Origin: a phage
Length of the DNA: 64,000 bases
Strand: one strand, 5' to 3'
NCBI GenBank assembly: GCA_014686905.1
Contig: GCA_014686905.1_4093.1
A model generated the notes under the pieces. That model made no database searches, was not told the origin of the DNA, and worked only from the letters and a program-made list of their open reading frames with translations. Of the stretch, positions 46,069 to 55,402 are shown one piece after another; the stretch's first letter is position 1; the number at the start of each line of letters is the position of its first letter. The translations under genes and the position numbers were made by a program.

Positions 46069-46482
46069 ATGAAACTGTATCATGCGAGTACTGTAAAAAT
46101 TGATAACTTTTATATCCCGTATGGTGGTCTTCATATGGGAGGTAAACACAGTGCTTTGGAAGCTGCATTACGCAAGCTGAGAAGCCCACTGAACGTAGTA
46201 GACGCATGTACAGTATACTTGCATACCTTAGAAGTTGATGTTGATAACGTGCTTCTGTGTGAAGATTTAGGCAGTGATGATGAGTGGCGTTCACTTATTG
46301 AGAATTGCACTGCTCAAGGTTATGATGCTGTTCAGTACAAAAATGATTACGAGCCAGACAATGTTCCTAGCTTTATGATTTGGGATGCATCTAAAGTTCG
46401 CATCATTGAAGTTGATGCTATGCATATGGATGAAGCTGAAATGATTATCGAAGATTTTCTTGATGAATATGAAGGTGTATAA
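46069..46482 (+). CDS. hypothetical protein unrelated to array families (137 aa)
   Basis: RBS GGAATGAAAT, ATG 46069; acidic C-terminus; function not recognised. Confidence 0.55.
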   Translation: MKLYHASTVKIDNFYIPYGGLHMGGKHSALEAALRKLRSPLNVVDACTVYLHTLEVDVDNVLLCEDLGSDDEWRSLIENCTAQGYDAVQYKNDYEPDNVPSFMIWDASKVRIIEVDAMHMDEAEMIIEDFLDEYEGV

Positions 46483-47018
46483 TGTCTGAACCGATGGTAG
46501 CACTGGCACGTACAAAATTACTATTAAAGATTGGTGAGATTTTTACGGTTCTTCTGTCCAATAATATTGATATCACTGAGCTAGATATTAAGCAACCGTG
46601 GGAAGTGACTATGTTCTCGGCGTTCCACCGATTGTCATATAAAGGTGAAAGTGTTCTTGATTTTAACCCTAAAGCAAAATTCATAGATTATGCTGCGTTG
46701 TACAGAGAGTTGCACAGAAATATTTATTCCGGTTGTATAACCAATAACTTCAAAGAAATTAAAGTTCAAACTGCATCACATGAGTTCAATGATTTACTTT
46801 ATCCAGAATTTAATCTAACGGAAGAATTACTCTTTCAGTACTCGTTAATTCTCACAAATCTCGAAACACTAGAGTTCTACAAAGAGTTAGTAGATATTTT
46901 TATGAATACACGACTTTCAAAAGATATTGTGATATTCTGGTATACAGAGCATGTTACGGAGGAATTGCTTACTGAATTTCTTCTAAATATGACAGCTATA
47001 AAGGAGAAGTTATGTTAG
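46482..47018 (+). CDS. FQxS-family protein
   Basis: motif EELLFQYSLILT. Confidence 0.55.
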   Translation: MSEPMVALARTKLLLKIGEIFTVLLSNNIDITELDIKQPWEVTMFSAFHRLSYKGESVLDFNPKAKFIDYAALYRELHRNIYSGCITNNFKEIKVQTASHEFNDLLYPEFNLTEELLFQYSLILTNLETLEFYKELVDIFMNTRLSKDIVIFWYTEHVTEELLTEFLLNMTAIKEKLC

Positions 47019-47485
47019 ATATTTTAGGAAACATCGATACTGCAAATTATTTTATCCAGGACGCACTGTTCAATACAGTTCAACAAGGATTAGAAGTTCG
47101 TCATAACGTTTACCAAGGTGATGGTTATTTCGTTGATATTGTTGAGGCACGAAAGAATACGTTTAATGTTAACATTACAACACTGGGTAGACAGAACATT
47201 GCACGAATTTTAGTAAGTAAAGATGAAATTGTATTGAGATACAGTGCTAAGTTTATGTTGACTTATAAGAAAAAAACTGATATGTTCAGTACTAATTTAT
47301 TTGATGAGCCATTTGACCTTGAAGATATTGAAGCTACTTTCTTTACTCAAAGTACTATGGTAAAATACACTGATGTTCAATTTTCTGCTGATGTAATGTC
47401 AGAAACATTACAAATGATCAAGGTATTATTTTATGCATTTGAGCAATTTAGAGAAGAAAGAAACAAGGTTAACAACCACAGATGA
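47012..47485 (+). CDS. FQxS-family protein (variant)
   Basis: motif EATFFTQSTMVK. Confidence 0.5.
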   Translation: MLDILGNIDTANYFIQDALFNTVQQGLEVRHNVYQGDGYFVDIVEARKNTFNVNITTLGRQNIARILVSKDEIVLRYSAKFMLTYKKKTDMFSTNLFDEPFDLEDIEATFFTQSTMVKYTDVQFSADVMSETLQMIKVLFYAFEQFREERNKVNNHR

Positions 47486-47498
47486 ACTAATAGAGGCG

Positions 47499-47846
47499 AT
47501 GACTAAGGAGTCAAAATACCACAAAGGGATTCGTCTATATTTTATAGATATTGGTTCAATGGAAGGCATATACATTTATGGTTCACAATCTTTATCTTAT
47601 GATGTAATGCCAAAAAAACATGTAAAAATCTTTTTAGGTTCAAATAAAAAAACTTTCTTGACAATTAATGATAAAAACGTTATTATGAATTCGTTGGGTC
47701 ATGATAAGGTGGAAATTGATCTAAACACACTGGAGGATATTGATTTTTTTCAATACGAGTGTTTAGGTGTTGACTTACATGGCATTAGTAGCGATATGAT
47801 AAAATCATTAATCAAATATTTCGAAGGTGTTCATAAATGTATCTAA
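47499..47846 (+). CDS. FQxS-family protein (variant)
   Basis: motif DIDFFQYECLGV; ATG 47499 after RBS AGAGG. Confidence 0.5.
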   Translation: MTKESKYHKGIRLYFIDIGSMEGIYIYGSQSLSYDVMPKKHVKIFLGSNKKTFLTINDKNVIMNSLGHDKVEIDLNTLEDIDFFQYECLGVDLHGISSDMIKSLIKYFEGVHKCI

Positions 47847-48334
47847 CTAAATCAATGAAAAATTCATTTGATAAAATCAAGAGTTGTCTTGATGGGGAAA
47901 ATATTACAAGTGTTACACAAACTGCTGACCAAATTCAAAGCAGTTCAAGTGATTGCACTGTTATTTTTGGTTTACATAGTCTGCGTTTATCAATAGTAAA
48001 TAATATTGACAACACTGCTATTGTAATCACACCATGCAATATTCAAAATGAAAATGGTGTATATCTTCATCACATGGGAACAGTATTTCACATTTTCAAT
48101 TCAAACGAAAACATTGTTAAGGAATACAATACTCTTAATATTGATTCAGGTGAATTATTTCAAATGAGTACTTTGTACTCATGTAATTTTACAGATACTT
48201 CATGTATTTTGCCATTTTTCTTGGAAATTATTAAGAAAATGGAAAATTTAAAACGTGAATACAATAAAGAAATGGTTCCTGAAGCTATATTAAATATTAC
48301 TAATGCTATAGAGAAGTATAATGCAGTGACTTAA
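47837..48334 (+). CDS. FQxS-family protein
   Basis: motif SGELFQMSTLYS. Confidence 0.55.
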   Translation: MYLTKSMKNSFDKIKSCLDGENITSVTQTADQIQSSSSDCTVIFGLHSLRLSIVNNIDNTAIVITPCNIQNENGVYLHHMGTVFHIFNSNENIVKEYNTLNIDSGELFQMSTLYSCNFTDTSCILPFFLEIIKKMENLKREYNKEMVPEAILNITNAIEKYNAVT

Positions 48335-48376
48335 TAAAAACGCACATGGAGTGCATTAGAAGATCAAGGATAGATC

Positions 48377-48850
48377 ATGGAGATTAAAACTGTTGAAAAT
48401 GGGAAAATTGATGACATTTTAGAGTTGGACGCATTCAAAGTTCATGATATAATGTTTAATGTGAAGGACATTATTCAATGTCTATTTTTGTGTAGCAAGA
48501 CAATGCATGATTTTTTTCACAACCCAAATACTAACGTTTTTATACTAACAATCAGTACTGAAAACTCGTTTATCATGGGTATGCCTATGAGTACAAATGA
48601 ACAATATATTGATTGTGTTATTCGTAATAACGATAGTATTACGCCACAATCTGAAGTACGTAAAAAGAAAAACACCTACACAATCAAAGATGATAAAATT
48701 ATGATGTGCTGTAGTAAAGGGTTTATATTAGATAATTTTATTGTAAAAGACAGTTATCACGACTTTAAAGTATCTGAAAATCAATCCAATGTAGTTCTTT
48801 ATGCGAGTGACATAGAAAGTCTAACAGTTAAAGATCCCAGTTTGGAGTAA
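48377..48850 (+). CDS. hypothetical protein (157 aa)
   Basis: RBS AAGGA, ATG 48377. Confidence 0.5.
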   Translation: MEIKTVENGKIDDILELDAFKVHDIMFNVKDIIQCLFLCSKTMHDFFHNPNTNVFILTISTENSFIMGMPMSTNEQYIDCVIRNNDSITPQSEVRKKKNTYTIKDDKIMMCCSKGFILDNFIVKDSYHDFKVSENQSNVVLYASDIESLTVKDPSLE

Positions 48851-48852
48851 GT

Positions 48853-48984
48853 ATGGCTAAGAAAGTAAACAATTTCGTACAGAAACACATGAATGAGTTT
48901 AACAAGCCTCAGACACATGTGGATCGTAAAAAAGAAATGAAAAATGGTAAAGTAAAACACAAGTCGAGATTTATTCTCGACTAA
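48853..48984 (+). CDS. putative small basic protein (43 aa)
   Basis: RBS GGAGTAA, ATG 48853; Lys-rich; terminator hairpin at 3' end. Confidence 0.35.
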   Translation: MAKKVNNFVQKHMNEFNKPQTHVDRKKEMKNGKVKHKSRFILD

Positions 48985-48990
48985 TTTTTT
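48963..48990 (+). terminator. putative intrinsic terminator
   Basis: hairpin TCGAG-ATTTATT-CTCGA then TAATTTTTT. Confidence 0.55.
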
Positions 48991-49013
48991 GTCTAAATTT
49001 ATGAGGATTGTAT

Positions 49014-49862
49014 ATGTTAGATATTTCAGATTTTCTTAATTTTAAAAAGTATTCAGTACTTGAACATATCAACGAATTTCTGAATTCTACTACACCATTT
49101 GGTATCAGTACATCAGATGCATACGATGGATATACAATCTTCCCATACAATGACTTTCAAATTTCCGTCAAAAAAGGTTTTACAAAAGAAGTTGCAATTC
49201 GTGATGTAGTAATGTATAGCGATTCTTCTATTTCTTACTGTCATGACGTGAACAAGTTTGAATCTCTTTCAACACCTAATTGTTCATACTACAAATCCCA
49301 TGACACGATGATGTATAAAGAACAACATATCAATGGTGTTTCGTTCTATAAAACTAGCAGTGATAAATCATATACATCTAGAGATGATTTTGGAAAATAC
49401 ACATGTACTATGCACACGGATAATGAAAAAACAAATTACACTCATTCATTCGAGTCCAAATTCCAAGAGAGTGAAGTTTCAAATATCACTATACAAGAAC
49501 AGGTTTCAGAAGGCATTGTATATCGTAGTACTGCATTCTTTCGCATGAAAGATATTGCCACAGGCAGACCAATGATGTACAATATTGACATATACATGAA
49601 AGGTGATATATCCGAAGTAGTGATTAGTACTGGTTATCGTGAAAAATATACAGTTACAATGGAATCACCAGATGCATCATTAGTTCACCTCTTTAACAAT
49701 TTATATACATTCCAATTCGAACTTAGTTTCGATCCAAATGAATATCAAATATTTGATATATTAAAAAGTAATATTATTAATAAGTTAGAATATTACTACA
49801 AGTTAGGTGGTAAGATGTGCATAGTTAATACTATGTTACATAACATAAAAGAAACATTATAA
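49014..49862 (+). CDS. hypothetical protein (282 aa)
   Basis: RBS GAGGA; Ser/Thr/Tyr-rich; ATG 49014 (track TTG start 49008). Confidence 0.55.
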   Translation: MLDISDFLNFKKYSVLEHINEFLNSTTPFGISTSDAYDGYTIFPYNDFQISVKKGFTKEVAIRDVVMYSDSSISYCHDVNKFESLSTPNCSYYKSHDTMMYKEQHINGVSFYKTSSDKSYTSRDDFGKYTCTMHTDNEKTNYTHSFESKFQESEVSNITIQEQVSEGIVYRSTAFFRMKDIATGRPMMYNIDIYMKGDISEVVISTGYREKYTVTMESPDASLVHLFNNLYTFQFELSFDPNEYQIFDILKSNIINKLEYYYKLGGKMCIVNTMLHNIKETL

Positions 49863-49878
49863 ATCTGGAGGATTTGGT

Positions 49879-50172
49879 ATGGATACTAAATTCAAAATTA
49901 TTTTTAAAACTAAGCCGTATATTCCACATACAGCAGAACGTTTTATACCACATGGTGCTGAGGAAATTATTCACCAAGATGGTACTAAGTTATACCTTGT
50001 TCCTTGTTCTTATGAACGTGCAGTAGAAATGTTACTAATGAATGCTAGACTATGCAAAAACAAGTACATTAGTTACCTATACAATGAACATATTTTAGAT
50101 TTCAATGATGAAAATATGTTCATTCTAGCAATTGAGGATTTTGATAACTGGTACAATATTATTAAAATCTAA
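49879..50172 (+). CDS. hypothetical protein (97 aa)
   Basis: RBS GGAGGA, ATG 49879. Confidence 0.55.
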   Translation: MDTKFKIIFKTKPYIPHTAERFIPHGAEEIIHQDGTKLYLVPCSYERAVEMLLMNARLCKNKYISYLYNEHILDFNDENMFILAIEDFDNWYNIIKI

Positions 50173-50243
50173 TGAAAATAATGTGAACATATTAGATTCT
50201 TGTGATATAATGTTCACATCTTTTTTTGATAACGGAGATATAG

Positions 50244-50630
50244 ATGAATACAAGTTCAGTCCTAAAAGCAATTGGTGGTGTTTTACTCATTGAAGTAAAA
50301 GGTGAGCCAAAGCTATGCTGTTTAGAAGATATGAAGAATACAAAACACTTCAGTACTGGTCAGATTTTCAATGCCATTCGTATTCTAAATGACAAATCCA
50401 TTGCTGATTATGGAAAAGTTTGGCCTGTATATCAAAATGCTGATGGTGATATCAGTACTGATTGGAAAACAATTGAGGCGGTACGACAAAGTTGTGAGAG
50501 TGATTGGGACTTCATTGTTGAAGTTTGTGATCAACTACAAGAAGATGTTCCAGAAATTGTTGAACGAAAAGAAGTTCTAGCACGACTTGAAAAATTCCGT
50601 CACGGAACACTACAGTATGACACAATCTAA
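50244..50630 (+). CDS. hypothetical protein (128 aa)
   Basis: promoter-like TTGTGATATAAT upstream; RBS ACGGAGA. Confidence 0.55.
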   Translation: MNTSSVLKAIGGVLLIEVKGEPKLCCLEDMKNTKHFSTGQIFNAIRILNDKSIADYGKVWPVYQNADGDISTDWKTIEAVRQSCESDWDFIVEVCDQLQEDVPEIVERKEVLARLEKFRHGTLQYDTI

Positions 50631-50679
50631 TCTGCTTATTAAAAATATCTAATTAACATTATATAAAAGGAATTTAAAA

Positions 50680-50985
50680 ATGGAAGACAATGGAATGAAA
50701 TTTGATATGTTTGAAGGTGTACCAGAGTTCGATTTCAACAAACTTGAAGAAGGTGAGGAATCAGAACTAGTTAGTGTTACACTTAAAGCAGATTCTAAAA
50801 AGAAATATTCATCATCAGTACGTTCACGTTCACAAGAAGAATACGAAACATTTATTGAAAGTATTCATTATGAAACATTCCATCACGCAGATGGAACTCC
50901 ATATGAAGTACGTGTAACAGTACTGAAGCCTGAAGTAAATCCAATGGAAAATCTACGTCCTGTTTACTGCTGGGCAAGTCACTAA
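50680..50985 (+). CDS. hypothetical acidic protein (101 aa)
   Basis: RBS AAGGAA, ATG 50680. Confidence 0.55.
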   Translation: MEDNGMKFDMFEGVPEFDFNKLEEGEESELVSVTLKADSKKKYSSSVRSRSQEEYETFIESIHYETFHHADGTPYEVRVTVLKPEVNPMENLRPVYCWASH

Positions 50986-50991
50986 TAAACC

Positions 50992-51026
50992 AAAGGACGG
51001 GATTTGTTATCTCGTCCTTTTTTTGT
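50992..51026 (+). terminator. rho-independent terminator
   Basis: hairpin GGACG...CGTCC followed by TTTTTTTT. Confidence 0.7.
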
Positions 51027-51036
51027 CTGGAGATGT

Positions 51037-51891
51037 ATGAAACTTTATCTAATCGTTGACTACAATAAGGATTATGCTGGTAACTTCACCGAAGATTCGG
51101 ATGGATATTGCACATCGACTAATGTCAATGTACGTAGCAGTAGTGCTCATGAACATGAATCTTGTAAAAATCTAAAAGATTTTATCGCATACCGAGCATT
51201 TGAAAAGAACTTCTGCCGCAGTAGATATTCGAAGTTTGAGTACCCGTTAATTGATGTTCCTGATGATTTAATGTTCCAGTTAATGCTAACTGGAGTTCAA
51301 GATTATGATTACATAGCATATAATCATATTACTAAGAAAATTTATATTGGTACATCATCACATGACACTTCTATGTATGCATCATGCCCAGATGATCGAA
51401 TGAATGATAGAAAATCATACTATAGTGGATCAGTTGGTTTAAATGATTCATTAAATAAAAATATATTCTTTGAGTATGTTTATGATTACCATCATGAGAA
51501 AAAAGAACGTGAAGATTACTGTATAGCAATTGATAGTACTAATGGTTATGAAGACGTGAAAGAAGCACTTATGCCGTACATTATTGAAAAGTACTACAAA
51601 GATTTTCAGTACTGTAGTAATTTTCTAATCAGAAATTCTATTATAATCGGTCGCCAATCTAGTGCATACTCTCAGTACTATAATGATTCACCAGTAGCAT
51701 CGGCAAATGAAATGTGTGATATTTTACAAATTCCACGTGAAGATATGGCATTCATTTTTACATCTTTTATTGAAGATGATGAGTTGTATATTAAAAATAA
51801 ACACCGTTTCATGCCAAGCAAGATTGAGGTTATTCGAAGTTTTAGTGTTGATATACTAACAAATTTCACAGAAAAAACCGAATATAACTGA
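51037..51891 (+). CDS. hypothetical protein (284 aa), possible distant FQxS relative
   Basis: RBS GGAGA, ATG 51037; motif DDLMFQLMLTGV. Confidence 0.5.
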   Translation: MKLYLIVDYNKDYAGNFTEDSDGYCTSTNVNVRSSSAHEHESCKNLKDFIAYRAFEKNFCRSRYSKFEYPLIDVPDDLMFQLMLTGVQDYDYIAYNHITKKIYIGTSSHDTSMYASCPDDRMNDRKSYYSGSVGLNDSLNKNIFFEYVYDYHHEKKEREDYCIAIDSTNGYEDVKEALMPYIIEKYYKDFQYCSNFLIRNSIIIGRQSSAYSQYYNDSPVASANEMCDILQIPREDMAFIFTSFIEDDELYIKNKHRFMPSKIEVIRSFSVDILTNFTEKTEYN

Positions 51892-51920
51892 GACAAATGA
51901 TAAGTTAATGATATAATATA

Positions 51921-51953
51921 AGGTGACAACATAATATGTTGGTCACCTTTTTT
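51921..51953 (+). terminator. rho-independent terminator
   Basis: hairpin AGGTGACAACAT-AAT-ATGTTGGTCACCT followed by TTTTTT. Confidence 0.8.
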
Positions 51954-52496
51954 AATCCTGAAAGGTTCCCATAAGGAAATGATTAAAAGCCTAATCCACT
52001 CGAAAATGTAGAGGGTAGATGAGTAGTCCTTTCAGTACGAACAGCAGATGAAACCCGTTAGATGATGGCATAGTTTGAACCACTCACGGCAATGCGGCTG
52101 TATAAAGAACTCCAATAGGATAAAGAGAGTTCCTCGATAGACATATAAGGATCGCACCTTACCAATTATCTAAGGGAGATTTCATAAGAAATATGCGGTC
52201 GGAATTATACAATATAGTTGCGTCCAAATTTTGTGAAATCAAATACAAGTACTGGTCATATGGTATTTGTATTATGTGTCGGGATGTTTAAGACCGACGA
52301 CCGTTGCTACAAGAACCGCGATAGAGAGAAACAGAGCAACCCGCTTTCGTCTCGTAAGAGAATTCGTGATATGAACTATGTGAAGGCCACCAGCGTCAAA
52401 TTTTTTTGTTCTTTCCCCTGCGGGGGGGGGATGAAATATGCTCAAGCAAACCCCGTCAATATTAATTAAAAGAAAATAGTACTTGTAGAATTAGAC
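51954..52496. other. ORF-poor, relatively GC-rich island with G9 homopolymer
   Basis: ~540 bp without RBS-led ORF between strong terminator and next promoter; GGGGGGGGG at 52418-52426. Confidence 0.5.
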
Positions 52497-52571
52497 ATGC
52501 GTAGCATGATAATTCTACTGATGTTGATGCAATCAACGTCACGTATATTCATTGATGTTTCCATAGGAATA

Positions 52572-53117
52572 ATGATGGCATTTATTAGAAAAGAAAAAAC
52601 TGTTACTTATAAAACTTTGAATTTTGATGATTGCATTAATCAATCACAAGACGAAGATATCTTTACTGGATATGTGGTTATTAAAGAAAAAGGATGCATT
52701 TCTTATATAAAGGAATTACAAAATGGAATTGAAGTGACTTCAGTTAAATTACTTCCTACTCAAAAACCAACAATATCAAAAGCCCAGTATGGTAATTATT
52801 TTGAAGAAAGATATAGTAATAATTCAATAAGTGTTAAGGCTCATATTATTAAAGGAGAACTAGAAGGAGAATATAGAAAATACAACCCACAAGGAAAATG
52901 TGTTTGGGTTAAATACTTCAATTCAGGATATGATGTAACATCTGAAATTATAGAATTCTTGGGTTTAAAATGTACCCCTGAGACTATTCATGATTACAAG
53001 TTCAATACTGAAGAAGAGTTTAATCTGATGATGCGTTACGGTTCACATTTTAAATTTTTATATGAATATAACATTGACAGTAGTACTTTTGATAAGATAG
53101 TACACAACTGTCTCTAA
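52572..53117 (+). CDS. hypothetical protein (~181 aa)
   Basis: RBS AGGAA then tandem ATGs 52572/52575; track start 52497 lies too close to promoter. Confidence 0.5.
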   Translation: MMAFIRKEKTVTYKTLNFDDCINQSQDEDIFTGYVVIKEKGCISYIKELQNGIEVTSVKLLPTQKPTISKAQYGNYFEERYSNNSISVKAHIIKGELEGEYRKYNPQGKCVWVKYFNSGYDVTSEIIEFLGLKCTPETIHDYKFNTEEEFNLMMRYGSHFKFLYEYNIDSSTFDKIVHNCL

Positions 53118-53133
53118 CAAAAGGAATTATATA

Positions 53134-53655
53134 ATGTCGAAGAAGGATGCTTCGAAAAAACATTCAGTACATTTCAGTACTGGAAAGGACAACTGGACAA
53201 CTCCCAAAGATTTCTTTGAAGATTTGGATGAGTTATGGGGATTTACACTTGATGCTGCTTGTGTTGATGAGACTGCATTGTGTGATAACTATTTTACACC
53301 TGATGATAATTCTCTTGAACAAGACTGGGGAAAAAATATTGTTTGGTTAAATCCCCCATATAGTGATTTAAAAACTTGGTTAGCCAAGGCAGTAGATGCG
53401 TATAATAAAGGTGCTACAGTACTGATTCTAGTACCATCCAGGACTGATACAATAGCATTTCAGGAATATGCAGCCAAAATATGTGATTGTATTTGTTTTA
53501 TCAAAGGTAGATTACGTTTTGGTATTCCAGAAGAACCTGATAAGAAAACAGATTCAGCACCATTTCCTTCGTGTCTTATAGTCCTTGATAAGTACTTAAC
53601 CACTGCTAAAATCAATTATCTTAAATCTCTTGGATTGGTGATGAAGAATTTATGA
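53134..53655 (+). CDS. phage-type Dam-like DNA N6-adenine methyltransferase
   Basis: NPPY catalytic motif (VWLNPPYSD) and overall layout of small phage Dam-family MTases; RBS AAAGGA. Confidence 0.7.
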   Translation: MSKKDASKKHSVHFSTGKDNWTTPKDFFEDLDELWGFTLDAACVDETALCDNYFTPDDNSLEQDWGKNIVWLNPPYSDLKTWLAKAVDAYNKGATVLILVPSRTDTIAFQEYAAKICDCICFIKGRLRFGIPEEPDKKTDSAPFPSCLIVLDKYLTTAKINYLKSLGLVMKNL

Positions 53656-54185
53656 AAGAAACATGTATATTATCATTTATGAGATGTAACCCAGTCCACA
53701 ATGGTCATGGTTTAGTTTTTGAAAAGGCCAAAACATTACAAGAACAGTACAATGCAGATTTGAAAATATATCTAAGCACCAGTACTGACAATATAAAAAA
53801 CCCACTCCCACCTGAACTAAAAATGTATTATACAGAGGGATTCTATCCTTCAGTGCAAGAGAACATCTACACAGAAGACAATCTATTTGATATAATGAGA
53901 GAACTGGATGGAAAGTACTTAGATGTTCTTTTCATTTGTGGTTCTGACCGTATTGATTCTTTTCAAAAAACTCTTGACATGTACAATGGTAAGTTGTATA
54001 ATTTTTGTAGTATAAAAGCAATTCAGGCAGGTATTGACCGTAATGTAAGTCAATATAGCTCAACACAAATGCGTAACTTCGCAAAAAATGAAGATTTTGA
54101 TAGTTTTCGTGAGTTTTTACCTGGAAATGACGAGGACTTAAAAATACAATTATTTGAAGACGTTATAAAATACATGAGGAAATAA
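53652..54185 (+). CDS. HxGH-motif nucleotidyltransferase (NMN adenylyltransferase-like)
   Basis: NPVHNGHGLV (HxGH) near N-terminus and SSTQMR (SxTxxR-like) near C-terminus; ATGA coupling to MTase. Confidence 0.55.
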   Translation: MKETCILSFMRCNPVHNGHGLVFEKAKTLQEQYNADLKIYLSTSTDNIKNPLPPELKMYYTEGFYPSVQENIYTEDNLFDIMRELDGKYLDVLFICGSDRIDSFQKTLDMYNGKLYNFCSIKAIQAGIDRNVSQYSSTQMRNFAKNEDFDSFREFLPGNDEDLKIQLFEDVIKYMRK

Positions 54186-54187
54186 TT

Positions 54188-54481
54188 ATGTCAGTACTGT
54201 TCAAAACCAATCCAGTACTTTGGGATCAAAATGAGCAATCAGGATTTCGTTCCATCCATGTTGAATACAAAGGTAATACTGTAGTTGCAATTATTGCTAA
54301 CAAAACTCTAGGAAACTGGACTGCACAGGTTGTTCCTATGGGATATTCTTACACATCTGATGAGGTACAATTCCTGGCTGAACTATATCGCCAAGTGCCG
54401 TTTATCATTAATGTACTAGAAGGTAATGATACATTATCACATGCAGATGTGATTAATTTTCTTGGAAACTTGCATGTGTGA
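54188..54481 (+). CDS. hypothetical protein (97 aa)
   Basis: RBS AGGAAATAA, ATG 54188. Confidence 0.5.
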   Translation: MSVLFKTNPVLWDQNEQSGFRSIHVEYKGNTVVAIIANKTLGNWTAQVVPMGYSYTSDEVQFLAELYRQVPFIINVLEGNDTLSHADVINFLGNLHV

Positions 54482-54761
54482 TGAAATAAATCTTACAGGA
54501 TATTTTTTACAAGAATCAATGATTAAATTTAGTGAAAAATTTTCAGTACTGGATGGTATCGAAATGTGGCATGTCAAACCACTGTTCCACACTTTCAGTA
54601 AAGAGCACAAAATGTTATTGACTGAAGCGAGTAAATCAAATAACATATGTGAAATCAAAATTGGTGTAAATGTCTATAAAGGGATGGTTATCTTTTTTGA
54701 CAATAACAGCAACTACTTTTATATTGTTAAGGAGCATTACGTTGACAAATACAAATACTAA
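54474..54761 (+). CDS. hypothetical protein (95 aa)
   Basis: ATG 54474 overlapping upstream stop. Confidence 0.4.
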   Translation: MCDEINLTGYFLQESMIKFSEKFSVLDGIEMWHVKPLFHTFSKEHKMLLTEASKSNNICEIKIGVNVYKGMVIFFDNNSNYFYIVKEHYVDKYKY

Positions 54762-55356
54762 TACATACTTCCGTTATCTTCGCTTAGGTCTTTCCCTACG
54801 TCCGATCCGTGGAAAGTGCGATTCACTCGCTGACCTTGACTATGCATATGCATTACATCATGAAGGTGTACAGTATGTATTGGGTGATTATGGTGAATTT
54901 GAAGAAACAAATGACAGTACTGGAATTAATGCTGGTGTAGAAAATCTTAACAACATTGCTAACAGTTCTCGCCATGACATTGTGTTACAGATTCAAAACT
55001 TTATTGAGCAGCACACAGGTAAACGTGTTTGGTGCTATGTCGGCACTGATGCACAAATGTCAATTTCATTCGGTAACGATGAAGGATATGTTGCACAGCT
55101 TATTATGGATTTTGAATCTGAAGAGAAGTTTTTAGAATTCAAAGAAAAGATTATTCAGTCACTTGTTGATATGGGTATCCCCGAAGATAAAATGCCAGAA
55201 GTTCAAAACATTGATGAATTTGTTTTGATTCCATCTGATGAGAAATATGATGCAATGTTTACTGCCCTTAATATTCCAGGAGTTATTGTGGAGTACTTTG
55301 ATGATGGTGATGATAGTATCTATATCGATCTAGATGACGATGACGACGATGAATAA
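54742..55356 (+). CDS. hypothetical protein with poly-Asp C-terminal tail
   Basis: RBS AAGGAG 54729-54734 then TTG 54742; ends DLDDDDDDE; start uncertain. Confidence 0.4.
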   Translation: MTNTNTNTYFRYLRLGLSLRPIRGKCDSLADLDYAYALHHEGVQYVLGDYGEFEETNDSTGINAGVENLNNIANSSRHDIVLQIQNFIEQHTGKRVWCYVGTDAQMSISFGNDEGYVAQLIMDFESEEKFLEFKEKIIQSLVDMGIPEDKMPEVQNIDEFVLIPSDEKYDAMFTALNIPGVIVEYFDDGDDSIYIDLDDDDDDE

Positions 55357-55363
55357 TGTACAT

Positions 55364-55390
55364 AGCCCGACATAAGTTCGGGCTATTTTT
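55364..55390 (+). terminator. rho-independent terminator
   Basis: hairpin AGCCCGA-CATAAGT-TCGGGCT followed by ATTTTT. Confidence 0.8.
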
Positions 55391-55402
55391 GTAAGGGGAT
55401 AT

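Larger units (their letters stand above)
19667..48334 (+). repeat. tandem super-array of ~55 FQxS-motif paralog genes (100-230 aa)
   Basis: serial, mostly ATGA-coupled ORFs sharing C-proximal acidic-x-FQ-x-S-hydrophobic motif; interrupted by a few unrelated ORFs. Confidence 0.8.

Noticed and set aside
52218-52469. 83-aa + strand ORF inside the GC-rich island
   Set aside because: No RBS, contains the G9 tract, low-complexity product; the region is more likely non-coding
51954-52496. Possible tRNA or tmRNA in the non-coding island (also checked 13080-13320)
   Set aside because: No cloverleaf-compatible segment, GTTCGA-type T-loop or acceptor stem was found by eye; a covariance-model scan is needed to be sure
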